In this document: one piece after another, positions 40,201 to 48,595 of the stretch | Layout: each line of letters begins with the position of its first letter | Position numbering within the stretch: position 1 is the stretch's first letter | From: an uncultured delta proteobacterium | GTDB taxonomy: Bacteria; Desulfobacterota; Binatia; DP-6 | Length of the DNA: 64,000 bases | NCBI GenBank assembly: GCA_963815115.1 | Contig: CAWFFN010000005.1 | Span: forward strand, 1,536,001 to 1,600,000 | Direction: 5' to 3' | Translations under genes and position numbers: made by a program | The notes under the pieces: generated by a model | What the model was told of the DNA's origin: nothing | Databases searched by the model: none | What the model saw: the letters and a program-made list of their open reading frames with translations, nothing else

Positions 40201-43200
40201 ACGTGACCGATTGCCCGTTCGGCAACGATACCATCGTTGCGATGGCGCCGGTCCCGTTCGGTTGACTGCAGGTCGCGGTGCCGTTCCCGGTGCACGTCCA
40301 GGTGACGCCGGTGAGCGCTCCCGGCGGGTTGTCGGTGACGGTGACGCCGGTCACGTCGCTCGGTCCGTTGTTCGTGACCGTGATGGTGTACGTGGTCTGC
40401 TCGCCCGCCACGACGGTGGTGGTCCCGTTGTCCTTGGTGACCGACAGGTCGGCGATGGGAGCTCCGAGCGACACCGATGCCTGCCCGGAGTTGTTCCCGG
40501 GCACCGGGTCCGGCGTCGGACTCGTCGCCGTCGCCGTATTCACGATGATGTTGGGTCCCGTGTAGTTGGACGGGATGTGGAACGTGATGTTGATGGTCCT
40601 GCTCGCGTTCGGCGCGAGGTCGCCGAGCGCGCACGGCAAGGTGGGGCCACAGACGTCGGTCGAGACGAAGTCGAGACCGGTCACCGGCGGATCGGTCACC
40701 ACCACGTTGCTGGCCGTGGATGGTCCCTGATTCGTGACCAGGAGTGCGAACATCACATCCTGCCCCGGAGCGGCGGTCATCGGCGACGGCGGGACGGTCA
40801 GGCTCTTGGTGAGGATCACATCGGCGGACGGCGCGATCGTGACGGTGTCGGTGGACGTGTTGTTCCCGGGTATCGGATCGGTCGTCCCGGCCGGCGGCGC
40901 CACGGTCGCCGTGTTGGTCAGCGTGCCGGCGGCCGCCGCCGGATCGAGCGTGCCGGTGACGGTGAAGGTGACCACTCCGCCGACCGGCAAGTTGACGGTG
41001 GTCGCGATGTTGCCCGTGCCGCTCGCCACGTCGCAGGTGCCGTTCGCCGCGGTCGTCGCGCAGGTCCAGCTCGGATTCCCGAGCAGGGGAGGGACGGGGA
41101 ACAGATCATTGACCGCGGCGCCGACGACGTTGGTCGGACCCTGGTTGCCGACGGTGATCGTGTACGTGACGTTCGTGCCCGGCGCGATCGAGGTGAGCCC
41201 GCTGCTCTTCGCGATGAACAGGTCGGCAACCCGGCTGGCCGTCACGGTGGCGCTCGCCGAATCCCCCGCCGGGTCGTTCTGAGCCGTTGCGGTCGCCGTG
41301 TTGGTGAGCGAGCCGGTCTGGGTGACCAGCGCCGTGATCGAGAGCGTGGCGGGATTGGCGGGTGGAGAGACCGGCAAATCTCCTGCCGTCCAGAGACCGG
41401 TCGCCGGGTCATAGGTCCCCTGCGACGGCGTCGCGGAGACGAACTGCAGCCCGGCAGGCAAGAGGTCGTTCACCACGGCCGCCAGGGCCGGACTCGGCCC
41501 CAGGTTCCGGAGCGTGACCGTGAACGTGACCTGCTGGTCCACCGCGGGCGTCGGGTCGTCGACCGTCTTGTCGACGTCGAGGTCGGCATTGCTCCTGGGC
41601 GTGATGGTCGCGCTCGCGGAATTGGAGCTGGGATCGATGTCGGGCTGGGCGAGCGTCGTGACGCTGGCCGTGTTGGTGAACGGGGTCAGCCCCGCTTGCA
41701 CGCTGATCTGCAGGGTCTGGGACTGGCCGTTCGGGAGGTTCCCGATCGTCCAGACACCGGAGGTCGCGTCATACGACGTGCCGGGCGAGGGCGTGGCGGA
41801 CAAGAACAGGATGGCCGGGACCAGATCGGTGAGCGTGAGCCCGCTGGCATCGCCAGGCCCCGTGTTGGTCGCGGTGATGGTGAACGTGGCGATCTGGCCA
41901 AGCAGGGGCGTCGGGATGTCGACGGTCTTCGTGACGACGATGTCCACACCCACCGCGATGGTCTGCGACGCGGGCGCCGAGGTGACGCTCCCGCCGGTCG
42001 ACGCCTGGGCGGTCGCGATCGCGGTGTTGGTCAGGAGACCGGTCGTCGGGTTGATGTCGGCGAGGCGGATCACGTACGTGCCCGTGCAGGTGGTCGAGGA
42101 GTTGAACGCGCCGCCCGGCACCAGCGTGGTCGGGGGCGCGCACGTGACCGGAAAACCCTTGTCGTCGGCGACGGTGGGATTGGTCAGCGTGACGGTGCCG
42201 GTGTTGGTCACGTTGTATCGATAGGCGACCGACTTGCCGACGAAGTAGGGTCCCGGGGTGTCGACGAACTTCTGGATCGCCACGCGGGGGGTGGTGCCGA
42301 GGGGGAGCGTCACGGTGGACGGGTTCGACGTTATGAGGTTCGGACCGGGCGCGACCGCGGTCCCCACGGCGGTGTTGACCAGCTGGCCGGCGTCCAGGTC
42401 GGCCTGCGTGATCACGTGCGAGCCCCGACAGACCACGGTCGATGTCGGCGCGGGCGCGGGGTCGATGCGGTCCGTAGGGCACGTGAGGCCGGTGATCTTC
42501 GGATCGGTCAACGCCAGACCCGTCAGCGTCTCGAGGCCCGTGTTGGTGAGCGTGAACTGGTAAGGGATCACGCTGCCGACGACGATCGGATTCGGCAGGG
42601 GATTGGTCAGGTCGATCTGCTTGACGAGATTCAGCTGATTGAGCGCGACGACGGTCTTCACGACGACGTTGCGGATCAGATGGATGTCGGTCGATCCGCC
42701 CGTCGAGCCCGACCAGCCGAACTTGTAGGTCGCCGGTGGATTGGGCGGAGCCGGGATGTCGAGCACCGTGCGCGGTCCCCGGCCGTCGAAGAAGTCGATG
42801 CTGACGGTCACGCGAGGTGACGGGGCAGGCGAGACCATGAGCTGGACGCTCCTGCGTCCCAGAGCCAGGGTCGCGGCCCGGAGCGATCCACCCAGGTTGG
42901 AGACCGGTGGGGTGGTCATCGTGGTCGTGCTGCCGAGCCAGCAGTAGCCCGTGAGGCCGTTCCCGGGGCCGCGCAGCGTGATCACGTCCGGGACGAGCGT
43001 GTTCTGGTTGGGGAGGAAGGGCGGCTTCATCGCGCAGCCGTTCCCGCGGTTCTCGCCGTCGTTGTAGAAGTTCCCGAAAGCGTCGAAGCCGATCCCCAGG
43101 TAGGCTCCCTTGACGCCGGGTTCGCTGAACCGTTGCGCGTAGCCCAGCGAGCCGCCCAGCCCGCCGGTCTCGGTCAGCGTCGTGGCGCCGTCGACCAGGA

Positions 43201-43618
43201 AGAACGCGATCCCGTCCGCGCCAGTCCCGTCGTATTGCCATTGCTCGAACGTGGCGATGACGCCCGCGCTCGACGGGATCGGCCGGTTGTAGAGGATCGA
43301 GCCCGCCTCGTTGTTGGAGCGATCGGTGAATTGGAGATAGCCGGGTATCACGCCACGCGGCGGGACGTTGCCGCTCTGATTCGCGGGACACCGCGGGATG
43401 TTCGCCGCGCCCGGCGGAGGTGCGGCATTCGCGCCGGTCAGGCACGTCTGGCCCTGGACGCTGAAGTTGGGATCGGGAACCGTCCTGCCGCTGAAGGTCT
43501 CGTTGACCAGTGCGGTGCCCGTGCCGGTCTGCGCGTGAACGACGCCGCGCACTACGAAGACGAACATCGCCGCCAGCGCGATCCGGCCCGCCAGCACCGT
43601 CTTTCCAGCCCGCGTCAT
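37211..43618 (-). CDS. Large secreted adhesin: legume-lectin-like domain plus many DUF11/Ig-like repeats
   Basis: Signal peptide ending VHA; GADGIAFF, GIGFD.FGN, GWSGSTGG (L-lectin-like); repeated ADLxxTK...TYT(I/V)TVTNxGP...DPxxxNN; Thr linker; EICDNCVDDDGDGLVD. Confidence 0.92.
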   Translation of the reverse strand: MTRAGKTVLAGRIALAAMFVFVVRGVVHAQTGTGTALVNETFSGRTVPDPNFSVQGQTCLTGANAAPPPGAANIPRCPANQSGNVPPRGVIPGYLQFTDRSNNEAGSILYNRPIPSSAGVIATFEQWQYDGTGADGIAFFLVDGATTLTETGGLGGSLGYAQRFSEPGVKGAYLGIGFDAFGNFYNDGENRGNGCAMKPPFLPNQNTLVPDVITLRGPGNGLTGYCWLGSTTTMTTPPVSNLGGSLRAATLALGRRSVQLMVSPAPSPRVTVSIDFFDGRGPRTVLDIPAPPNPPATYKFGWSGSTGGSTDIHLIRNVVVKTVVALNQLNLVKQIDLTNPLPNPIVVGSVIPYQFTLTNTGLETLTGLALTDPKITGLTCPTDRIDPAPAPTSTVVCRGSHVITQADLDAGQLVNTAVGTAVAPGPNLITSNPSTVTLPLGTTPRVAIQKFVDTPGPYFVGKSVAYRYNVTNTGTVTLTNPTVADDKGFPVTCAPPTTLVPGGAFNSSTTCTGTYVIRLADINPTTGLLTNTAIATAQASTGGSVTSAPASQTIAVGVDIVVTKTVDIPTPLLGQIATFTITATNTGPGDASGLTLTDLVPAILFLSATPSPGTSYDATSGVWTIGNLPNGQSQTLQISVQAGLTPFTNTASVTTLAQPDIDPSSNSASATITPRSNADLDVDKTVDDPTPAVDQQVTFTVTLRNLGPSPALAAVVNDLLPAGLQFVSATPSQGTYDPATGLWTAGDLPVSPPANPATLSITALVTQTGSLTNTATATAQNDPAGDSASATVTASRVADLFIAKSSGLTSIAPGTNVTYTITVGNQGPTNVVGAAVNDLFPVPPLLGNPSWTCATTAANGTCDVASGTGNIATTVNLPVGGVVTFTVTGTLDPAAAAGTLTNTATVAPPAGTTDPIPGNNTSTDTVTIAPSADVILTKSLTVPPSPMTAAPGQDVMFALLVTNQGPSTASNVVVTDPPVTGLDFVSTDVCGPTLPCALGDLAPNASRTINITFHIPSNYTGPNIIVNTATATSPTPDPVPGNNSGQASVSLGAPIADLSVTKDNGTTTVVAGEQTTYTITVTNNGPSDVTGVTVTDNPPGALTGVTWTCTGNGTATCSQPNGTGAIATMVSLPNGQSVTFTLKGTVDPAATGQLVNHVTAQNPPTVVDPTPSEATDTDTITPMADLSIRKTGPPVIVPGNDLVYTLEVTNLGPSTAAAVGVTDTISNGVTFVSVSGACSTLPCIIGDIPPDRVPRTITVTFAVPLSYVTPDPIVDTAVVTSATPDPDPSNNTSTAETPLDTAADIAVTKTVSPATATVGDTVTFTVTATNNGPNQATGVVITDVLPAGLNLVSFSPSQGTYIASQGTWTVGTLANGASTQLALVAQVAQSGAITNVATKTAGNEPDPNTSNDSGTATLNPTTPPADVGLLKTVDNPSPAVNSIVTFTVTATNFGPGNATGVVVTDLLPAGLAFQSATPSQGTYDPATGEWAADAIAAGASATLTIAAQVNASGPLFNNARKTAQTEPDPNPANDAARAVVNGAGTASVSVAKSVSNSMPAVGESVTFVVTLNNLGPDTATDIVVNDVLPPAFTLTSSVPPPPAFTPDPDAGTGVWTVPSLAPSQSAVLILTGTINQPGHFVNTATKTSQQPADPDPDPAHNTASASGDAGLVADLSITKTDGLETAFAGQVVTYTITVANAGPSPVIGAPVHDTFPIELTAVTWTCVASPGAVCRSTQGSGTIDALVDLSAGGSAVFSASGTLSPDVAASVANTATVCPPPSDLVPPPPPTCPGTCAPSLVVDPNCANNTATDTTNVTLQANLEIQKTGPASAASGTTVTYTLVAGNLGPSTATDVVVTDPTPAGLASPVVSDPCAGGFPCNLGSLRPGAQVTVTVTYTVVAGGGTVTNTATISSPIPDPNPDQNTSSVTTDVTPAPTTTTVATTTTVASTTSTPVTTTTTTTGGNEICDNCVDDDGDGLVDHADPDCCTETGTFDVTSVRITPRHGNAHDARLRVIGTLGGAGFSSADPRQQDVSLLFADGSDTAVCCTIAQNHWQRLFKKTFGFWDKLGRICPPIIDTRLSQRRTGAGITISSPHFDATQLMGNSLALTVRVGGSCASSTVQLRRVGHRIVFP

Positions 43619-43754
43619 GCCCCTCGCGCGAGGTCGGCCCAACCGCGTCCCCACGCCATGGCGAGGTAACACAATCGGCATGGTGGGAACCAGTGCGTGC
43701 CTTGCGGGGTGCGCCTTGACCACTGGAGTTTCATTCAGGTAGCGCTCATCATGG

Positions 43755-45959
43755 ATGGTGATGCCACTGCGACGGAGCCAGACATCGGCAACCGTCGCAG
43801 GCCCCGGAAGGCACCCATTCGTCGCAGCGTGGACTCTCGCCGCGGTCATGCTCGGATGGGGAGTCGCCGGCGCCCAGGTCGTGACCCCGACGTCTCTCGC
43901 GATCGGGTCGGACAGTCCGGTGTGCTCGGCGTCCACCGCGGTCGAGCACGTCTGCGTGCAGCTTCCGCCCGCCGCGACGGCTACCAAGATCGACTTCTTC
44001 GGGCTGTTCGACGACACGAGCAGCTTCGAGGCCATCATCCCGACGCTCGCCGACGTGTTCACCGTGTTCGTCGGGGAGCTGGAAGCGGCTCTTCCCGGCG
44101 TCGAATTCGGATTCGGAGTCGGACGCTTCGAGGATTACGGCGGCCCCGGGTTCTCGTTCGGCTCCGAGAGCATGAACGGGCGGCCGTTCATCCTCGACCA
44201 GCCGATCGTGACCTCGGCCGATGCCGGCGGAGCGGACGCGCGCAACAAGCTCATCACCGACGCACTGTCGCGCTCGGCGCCGGGCAACGGCGGGGACGGC
44301 CCAGAAGCGGCGCTCGAAGGGCTGTACCAGGTCGCCACGGGCGCCGGGTTCGACGGCGACGGCGACGGGTCCACCACCGGGCAGGGTGGCGTCCAGGCCG
44401 CCGGCTCGCTCGCCACGCAGGTCATGCCGGACGTCAGCGGTGACGTCCCCGCATTCTCCTCGCTCGCCCCCGGGGTGATCCATTCCGGCTCCATCGGTGG
44501 CGCCGGGTTCCGCAGCGATGCCATCCATCTGGTGGTCGTCGCCACCGACCAGTGCGCGATAGCTGCCTTCGATCCGGCTGTCGCGATCCCCGGCGAGCTC
44601 CAGGCCAGCGGCGTGACGGTTCCGATCACGGAGTTCGCCTGCTCGAGCACCCACCCGGGAGACAATCGCTTCGGGTTCACCTCCGACGCGAAGAGCAAGG
44701 GCAACAACGACCAGACCGTGGCGCCGGCCGGGGCGGCGCACGTGCCCGCCGTGGTCGAGGCGCTGAACGCCGCAGCCATCGGCGTGATCGGCGTCTTCCC
44801 CAAGGTCATGGGCTCCGGTGGAGCGCCACCGCCGGGTACCCCGCTGGGCCCCACCTTCAGCGCGGACGCGTTTCTCACCGCCCTGGCCCGACTCACGGGA
44901 ACGGTCGACTCGACGGGCGCACCTCTGGTGTTCGATGTCGAGGAGGTCGGGCCGGTCCTGCGGGCGGCCGTGATCGACGCCATCGCGACGGCGGCGATGC
45001 GTCCGATCGACGTGCGTCTCGCGACGGCCGGGATGCTTCCCGGCGGCGTACAGCTCGGCCCGGCGACGGACGTCGTCGGCGTGCGGCCGGGAGAGCAAGC
45101 CTGCTTCGACGTCACGCTGACCGGCAGCGGACAGCCGCAGGGTTCCTTCACCCTCGAGTTCCGGGAGCCCGCAAGCGCCCGCACGCTGGGGTCGATCCCG
45201 GTCACGGTCGCCTGTACCGCCCGGTGTGGAGACGGTGCGGTCGACTCCGCACTCGGGGAGCAGTGTGATGCGGGTGCGGCGAACGGGATGCCCGGCTCCT
45301 GCTGCGACGCCACCTGCCGGGTGGCGGCCGCCGGAACCGTGTGCCGGGAGGCCTCCGACGCGTGCCAGGGCGCCGGCGTGTGCGACGGTGCCAGTGCCGC
45401 TTGTCCGCAGAGCGGACCGCTGAGCGACGGCGCGCTGTGCGACGACGGCGACACCGCGACCGGGACGTCGGCGTGCGTGGGCAGTGTCTGCCGCGGAGTC
45501 GAGATCGGCGTGGATGTCGCGGCGGAGATCCCGGCGTCCCGGAGTCCCGTCCGTATCCCGGTCGTCCTCGACCTCGGGGACGGTCTCGCGCAATCGACCG
45601 CCGTCCAGCTCCAGGCGTTCGTGTCCTGCGACGACGTGCCGGCGCTGGGCGCCTGCACCACCAAGGCGTGCCGGCAGCTCCAGCAGCAGCTCGCCACGCT
45701 GTGCCCCGCAGCGTCGAGCGCCGCGGTTCTCAGGCGCCACTCCCGCCCGCCGGCGGGCCTGGTGCCGGTGACGGGAACCGCGTCGCGGAAGTTCAAGCGC
45801 TCGCGCCGTGGCCAGGGCACGCTGCAGTTGAAGCTCAACAAGACCGGCCGGACCCTCCTGTCGCGCAGCGCCACGCTGCCCGTCCACGTGCGGGCCACGC
45901 TCCAGGAGCGCAAGGGCGAGACGCTGCGCGCGGATTTCGAGACGCTCCTGCGGCGCTGA
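43755..45959 (+). CDS. Secreted vWA (integrin-beta I-like) protein with disintegrin-like Cys-rich region and basic C-terminal domain
   Basis: FDDTSSF (MIDAS-like), GGDGPEAALEGLYQ, GFRSDAIHLVVVATD; CGDG..EQCD.G..CC...CR....C..CDG.SAACP; LKLNKTGRTLL tail. Confidence 0.85.
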   Translation: MVMPLRRSQTSATVAGPGRHPFVAAWTLAAVMLGWGVAGAQVVTPTSLAIGSDSPVCSASTAVEHVCVQLPPAATATKIDFFGLFDDTSSFEAIIPTLADVFTVFVGELEAALPGVEFGFGVGRFEDYGGPGFSFGSESMNGRPFILDQPIVTSADAGGADARNKLITDALSRSAPGNGGDGPEAALEGLYQVATGAGFDGDGDGSTTGQGGVQAAGSLATQVMPDVSGDVPAFSSLAPGVIHSGSIGGAGFRSDAIHLVVVATDQCAIAAFDPAVAIPGELQASGVTVPITEFACSSTHPGDNRFGFTSDAKSKGNNDQTVAPAGAAHVPAVVEALNAAAIGVIGVFPKVMGSGGAPPPGTPLGPTFSADAFLTALARLTGTVDSTGAPLVFDVEEVGPVLRAAVIDAIATAAMRPIDVRLATAGMLPGGVQLGPATDVVGVRPGEQACFDVTLTGSGQPQGSFTLEFREPASARTLGSIPVTVACTARCGDGAVDSALGEQCDAGAANGMPGSCCDATCRVAAAGTVCREASDACQGAGVCDGASAACPQSGPLSDGALCDDGDTATGTSACVGSVCRGVEIGVDVAAEIPASRSPVRIPVVLDLGDGLAQSTAVQLQAFVSCDDVPALGACTTKACRQLQQQLATLCPAASSAAVLRRHSRPPAGLVPVTGTASRKFKRSRRGQGTLQLKLNKTGRTLLSRSATLPVHVRATLQERKGETLRADFETLLRR

Positions 45960-45967
45960 GCGAACGC

Positions 45968-46618
45968 TCATGGCGGCTCGGGCGCGTGGAGGCTGCCCTC
46001 GGTGCTGGGCCGCGAGGCCATGCGCGATCTCCAGCGCGCGAGGCTGGCGAGCCCGTCCTCCGGCCGCTGGCCGACCACCGCGGCGAAATCGAGCCCGACC
46101 AGGAGCAGGATGTCGGCCAGGGTGAAGCGATCGCCGGCGACGAACGGCCGGTCGCCCATCAGTCCATCGAGCCACACGAGCTTGTCGCGCGCCGTCGCCT
46201 TCAGGCCGTCGGCGGCCTCCGCGATGACCCGGCCGCGCTTCTCCCAGAACGGTCGGCCCTCGGAGAAACGCCAGCCGTTGAAGATGTTCTCGGTGATGCC
46301 CAGCTCGATGCGACGCTGCCACATGCGCGTCTCTGCTTTCTCCGCGGGCGTGCTGCCGATCAGCGCCGGCTCCGGATGCAGGTCTTCCAGCAGCTCGCAG
46401 ATGGCGACGCTCTCGGCGATCGTGCGGCCGTCGTCGAGCTCGAGTGCAGGCAGCTGGCCGGCGGGGTTCTTCGCCATGAAAGCGGCCGCACGATTCTCGC
46501 CGCTGATCAGGTCGAGATCGACCGCCGGGATGCGCAGTCCCTTCTCGTGCAGGAACATCCGCACCTCCCGCCCGGCGCCGACGAGCGGATGCGGCTTGAG
46601 CGAGTGGTAGAGCTTCAT
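45968..46618 (-). CDS. Glutathione S-transferase
   Basis: VRMFLHEKG, NPAGQLPAL, IAESVAIC, DRFTLADI; GGAGG RBS. Confidence 0.92.
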   Translation of the reverse strand: MKLYHSLKPHPLVGAGREVRMFLHEKGLRIPAVDLDLISGENRAAAFMAKNPAGQLPALELDDGRTIAESVAICELLEDLHPEPALIGSTPAEKAETRMWQRRIELGITENIFNGWRFSEGRPFWEKRGRVIAEAADGLKATARDKLVWLDGLMGDRPFVAGDRFTLADILLLVGLDFAAVVGQRPEDGLASLARWRSRMASRPSTEGSLHAPEPP

Positions 46619-46766
46619 GTCCGCCTCCGTTGCACGTCGGTAGGTCGCGACGAGGGGCTGCGTCAACGAGCCACTTGCTGCCGATTCGAGGGGACCATTG
46701 TCGGCCACGTCGAGGCGCTCGGACGCAAGCCGTGAGCGACCTCGAGCGTACGGCTTCGGGACAGGA

Positions 46767-47873
46767 CTAGGACGCCGCCGCCGTGTCGGCGAACGGACCG
46801 AGGCGCCGCCGCTCGAGCTCCTGCGTCATGAGCTCGCGGAAACGCCCGTTGCGGACGAGCAGCAGGACGACGGTGCCGAAGTAGCCATAGGGCAGCTTCG
46901 GGCTCTCCTGCCAGTAGCGGAGCTGCTGGTAGGGGCGGGACGACCAGGCGTGATGATCGGCGTGCCGCGACAGGCCGACCAGCGTGTAGAGCGTGAAGCG
47001 CGAATCGGTGTCCCACGAATCGACGGGCGTCACGCGGCGGCCGCGCCGCGCGAGGCCCCAGTGCTCGAAGTAGTTGACCGCCTCGAGCAGTCGCACGGCG
47101 GTGGCGGCTTGCAGGAGATAGGCGGCGAACGCACCGGCGCCCAGCCCGAGCAGGATCGCCAGGGTCACAGCCCACTCGACGATCACGCCGTGCAGCACGC
47201 GATGGCGGAGCATGCGGACATCGGTGAGACGCATGCGCTCGTCGCCGAGCCGTTTGCTCTCGAGCCGCCAGGCGCTGCGGAACTGCGCGGGGACGGTGCG
47301 GTTGAAGAAGCCGAAGTAGGTCTCGCCGAAGCGTGCCGTCGCGGGATCGTCGGGCAAGCCGACGCGCAGATGGTGGCCGCGGATGTGCTCGGTGGCGAAG
47401 TGCTCGTAGAGGACGCTCCCCATGAGCAGGCGGCCGAGGAAATGGAGCCGTGCCTGGGGCCGGTGCAGCAGCTCGTGCGCGACGACGATGCCCGAGTAGC
47501 CCGAGTTCACGCCGACCAGCGTGAGGGCCACGAGGGTGTCGAGCGTCCAGAAGCCATGCGTCGCAACACGAACCACGAGGAGCGCGACGATCACGAGGTG
47601 GAGCGCGCCGAGCACGTAGAGCACGGAGTCGAACGGCCAGCCCGGCAGCGTCGCCGCAGGCTGACGGCGCTCGTCGGGTCCCCACATGTCGACCCACACC
47701 GATCCCGCCAGCACCGACAACCACGCCAGCGCATGCCAGCCGGCCCAGGGTCCCGTCAGCAGATAGGCGAGGCACGCGATGGGCAGCGCGAAGGCAAGGA
47801 GATGGGCAGCCCACGCGCGCACGGGGTGGCGTATGGAGAGGGCCGGCTTGGCCGCTGACGTTGCGGTACCCAT
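46767..47873 (-). CDS. alkB: Alkane 1-monooxygenase (AlkB-type membrane di-iron hydroxylase)
   Basis: His boxes HELLH, EHIRGHH, NYFEHWG, LSRHADHHA; DPATARFGE; PKLPYGY. Confidence 0.88.
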   Translation of the reverse strand: MGTATSAAKPALSIRHPVRAWAAHLLAFALPIACLAYLLTGPWAGWHALAWLSVLAGSVWVDMWGPDERRQPAATLPGWPFDSVLYVLGALHLVIVALLVVRVATHGFWTLDTLVALTLVGVNSGYSGIVVAHELLHRPQARLHFLGRLLMGSVLYEHFATEHIRGHHLRVGLPDDPATARFGETYFGFFNRTVPAQFRSAWRLESKRLGDERMRLTDVRMLRHRVLHGVIVEWAVTLAILLGLGAGAFAAYLLQAATAVRLLEAVNYFEHWGLARRGRRVTPVDSWDTDSRFTLYTLVGLSRHADHHAWSSRPYQQLRYWQESPKLPYGYFGTVVLLLVRNGRFRELMTQELERRRLGPFADTAAAS

Positions 47874-47888
47874 TCAGAGGGTCATGAG

Positions 47889-47912
47889 CCCACATACGGG
47901 TTGGTATGTGGG
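47889..47912. promoter_or_regulatory. Putative TetR operator between divergent alkB and tetR
   Basis: Perfect inverted repeat CCCACATAC-N6-GTATGTGGG in a 65-nt divergent intergenic gap. Confidence 0.75.
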
Positions 47913-47938
47913 TTATGCTCGTTTACATAGGAGATGGA

Positions 47939-48559
47939 ATGGCGTCAAGTGCGCGGGCTCAGGCAAAGCGCGAGACCCGGGAGGCGCTGATCCAGGCCGG
48001 CCTCGAAGCGTTCGCGGCCGAAGGGCTCGACGCGCCCAGCCTGGATGCCATCTGCGCCCGCGCCGGCTTCACCCGCGGTGCCTTCTACGTCCACTTCAAG
48101 GACCGCGACGACTTTCTGGTCGCGGTGATGGAGGACGTGCTGGGGCGGTTTCTCGATGCGGTCATCGCGACCGGCCACGAAGCGCACGACCTGGGGCACA
48201 CGCTCGATCGGTTCACCGGCGCCCTGGATCTCGTCCAGCGCCCGTCGGGGACGCGGAGCTGGAGCGCGAGCCCGCTGCTCGGCCCGTTGCAGATATCCCG
48301 GCTGATCGAGGCAGCGGCGCGTTCGCCGGCGATCCGCGCGCGGCTGGTCGACATCGTCGGGGAAGCCGTCGCTCGCGTCGCGCAGGCGACACGCAGCGGG
48401 CAGGCCGGAGGCACGGTGCGGCGCGACGTCGCTCCCGAGGTGGGTGCGCAGCTCCTGGTGATCTCGGCGCTCGGGCTCCTGGGTGCGGTCGAGCTCGGCG
48501 TCCCGCTCGACTTGCCCGCGATGCGCGCCGCCGTGGCTCGGTTCCTCGGACGCGCCTGA
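47939..48559 (+). CDS. TetR/AcrR family transcriptional regulator
   Basis: TREALIQAG..FA..G...SLDAICARAGFTRGAFYVHFKDRDD HTH; AGGAG RBS. Confidence 0.95.
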   Translation: MASSARAQAKRETREALIQAGLEAFAAEGLDAPSLDAICARAGFTRGAFYVHFKDRDDFLVAVMEDVLGRFLDAVIATGHEAHDLGHTLDRFTGALDLVQRPSGTRSWSASPLLGPLQISRLIEAAARSPAIRARLVDIVGEAVARVAQATRSGQAGGTVRRDVAPEVGAQLLVISALGLLGAVELGVPLDLPAMRAAVARFLGRA

Positions 48560-48595
48560 CGCCGCTTCCCTCGATGCCAGGTTGCTCGGGCGAGT

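Noticed and set aside
37900-42600. Long dispersed DNA repeats suggesting a diversity-generating or shufflon system
   Set aside because: Explained by diverged DUF11 domain repeats; no reverse transcriptase, recombinase or near-identical template/variable pair
38405-42820. 1471-aa plus-strand ORF and similar long ORFs (12..1502, 8831..10549, 17274..20135, 44135..45913, 53337..55817, 28356..30734)
   Set aside because: Antisense or off-frame shadows of clear genes in high-GC DNA; Arg/Gly-rich with no motifs
43730-43750. AGGTAGCGC as a fifth copy of the operator motif
   Set aside because: Single half-site only, with no partner half-site 11 nt away
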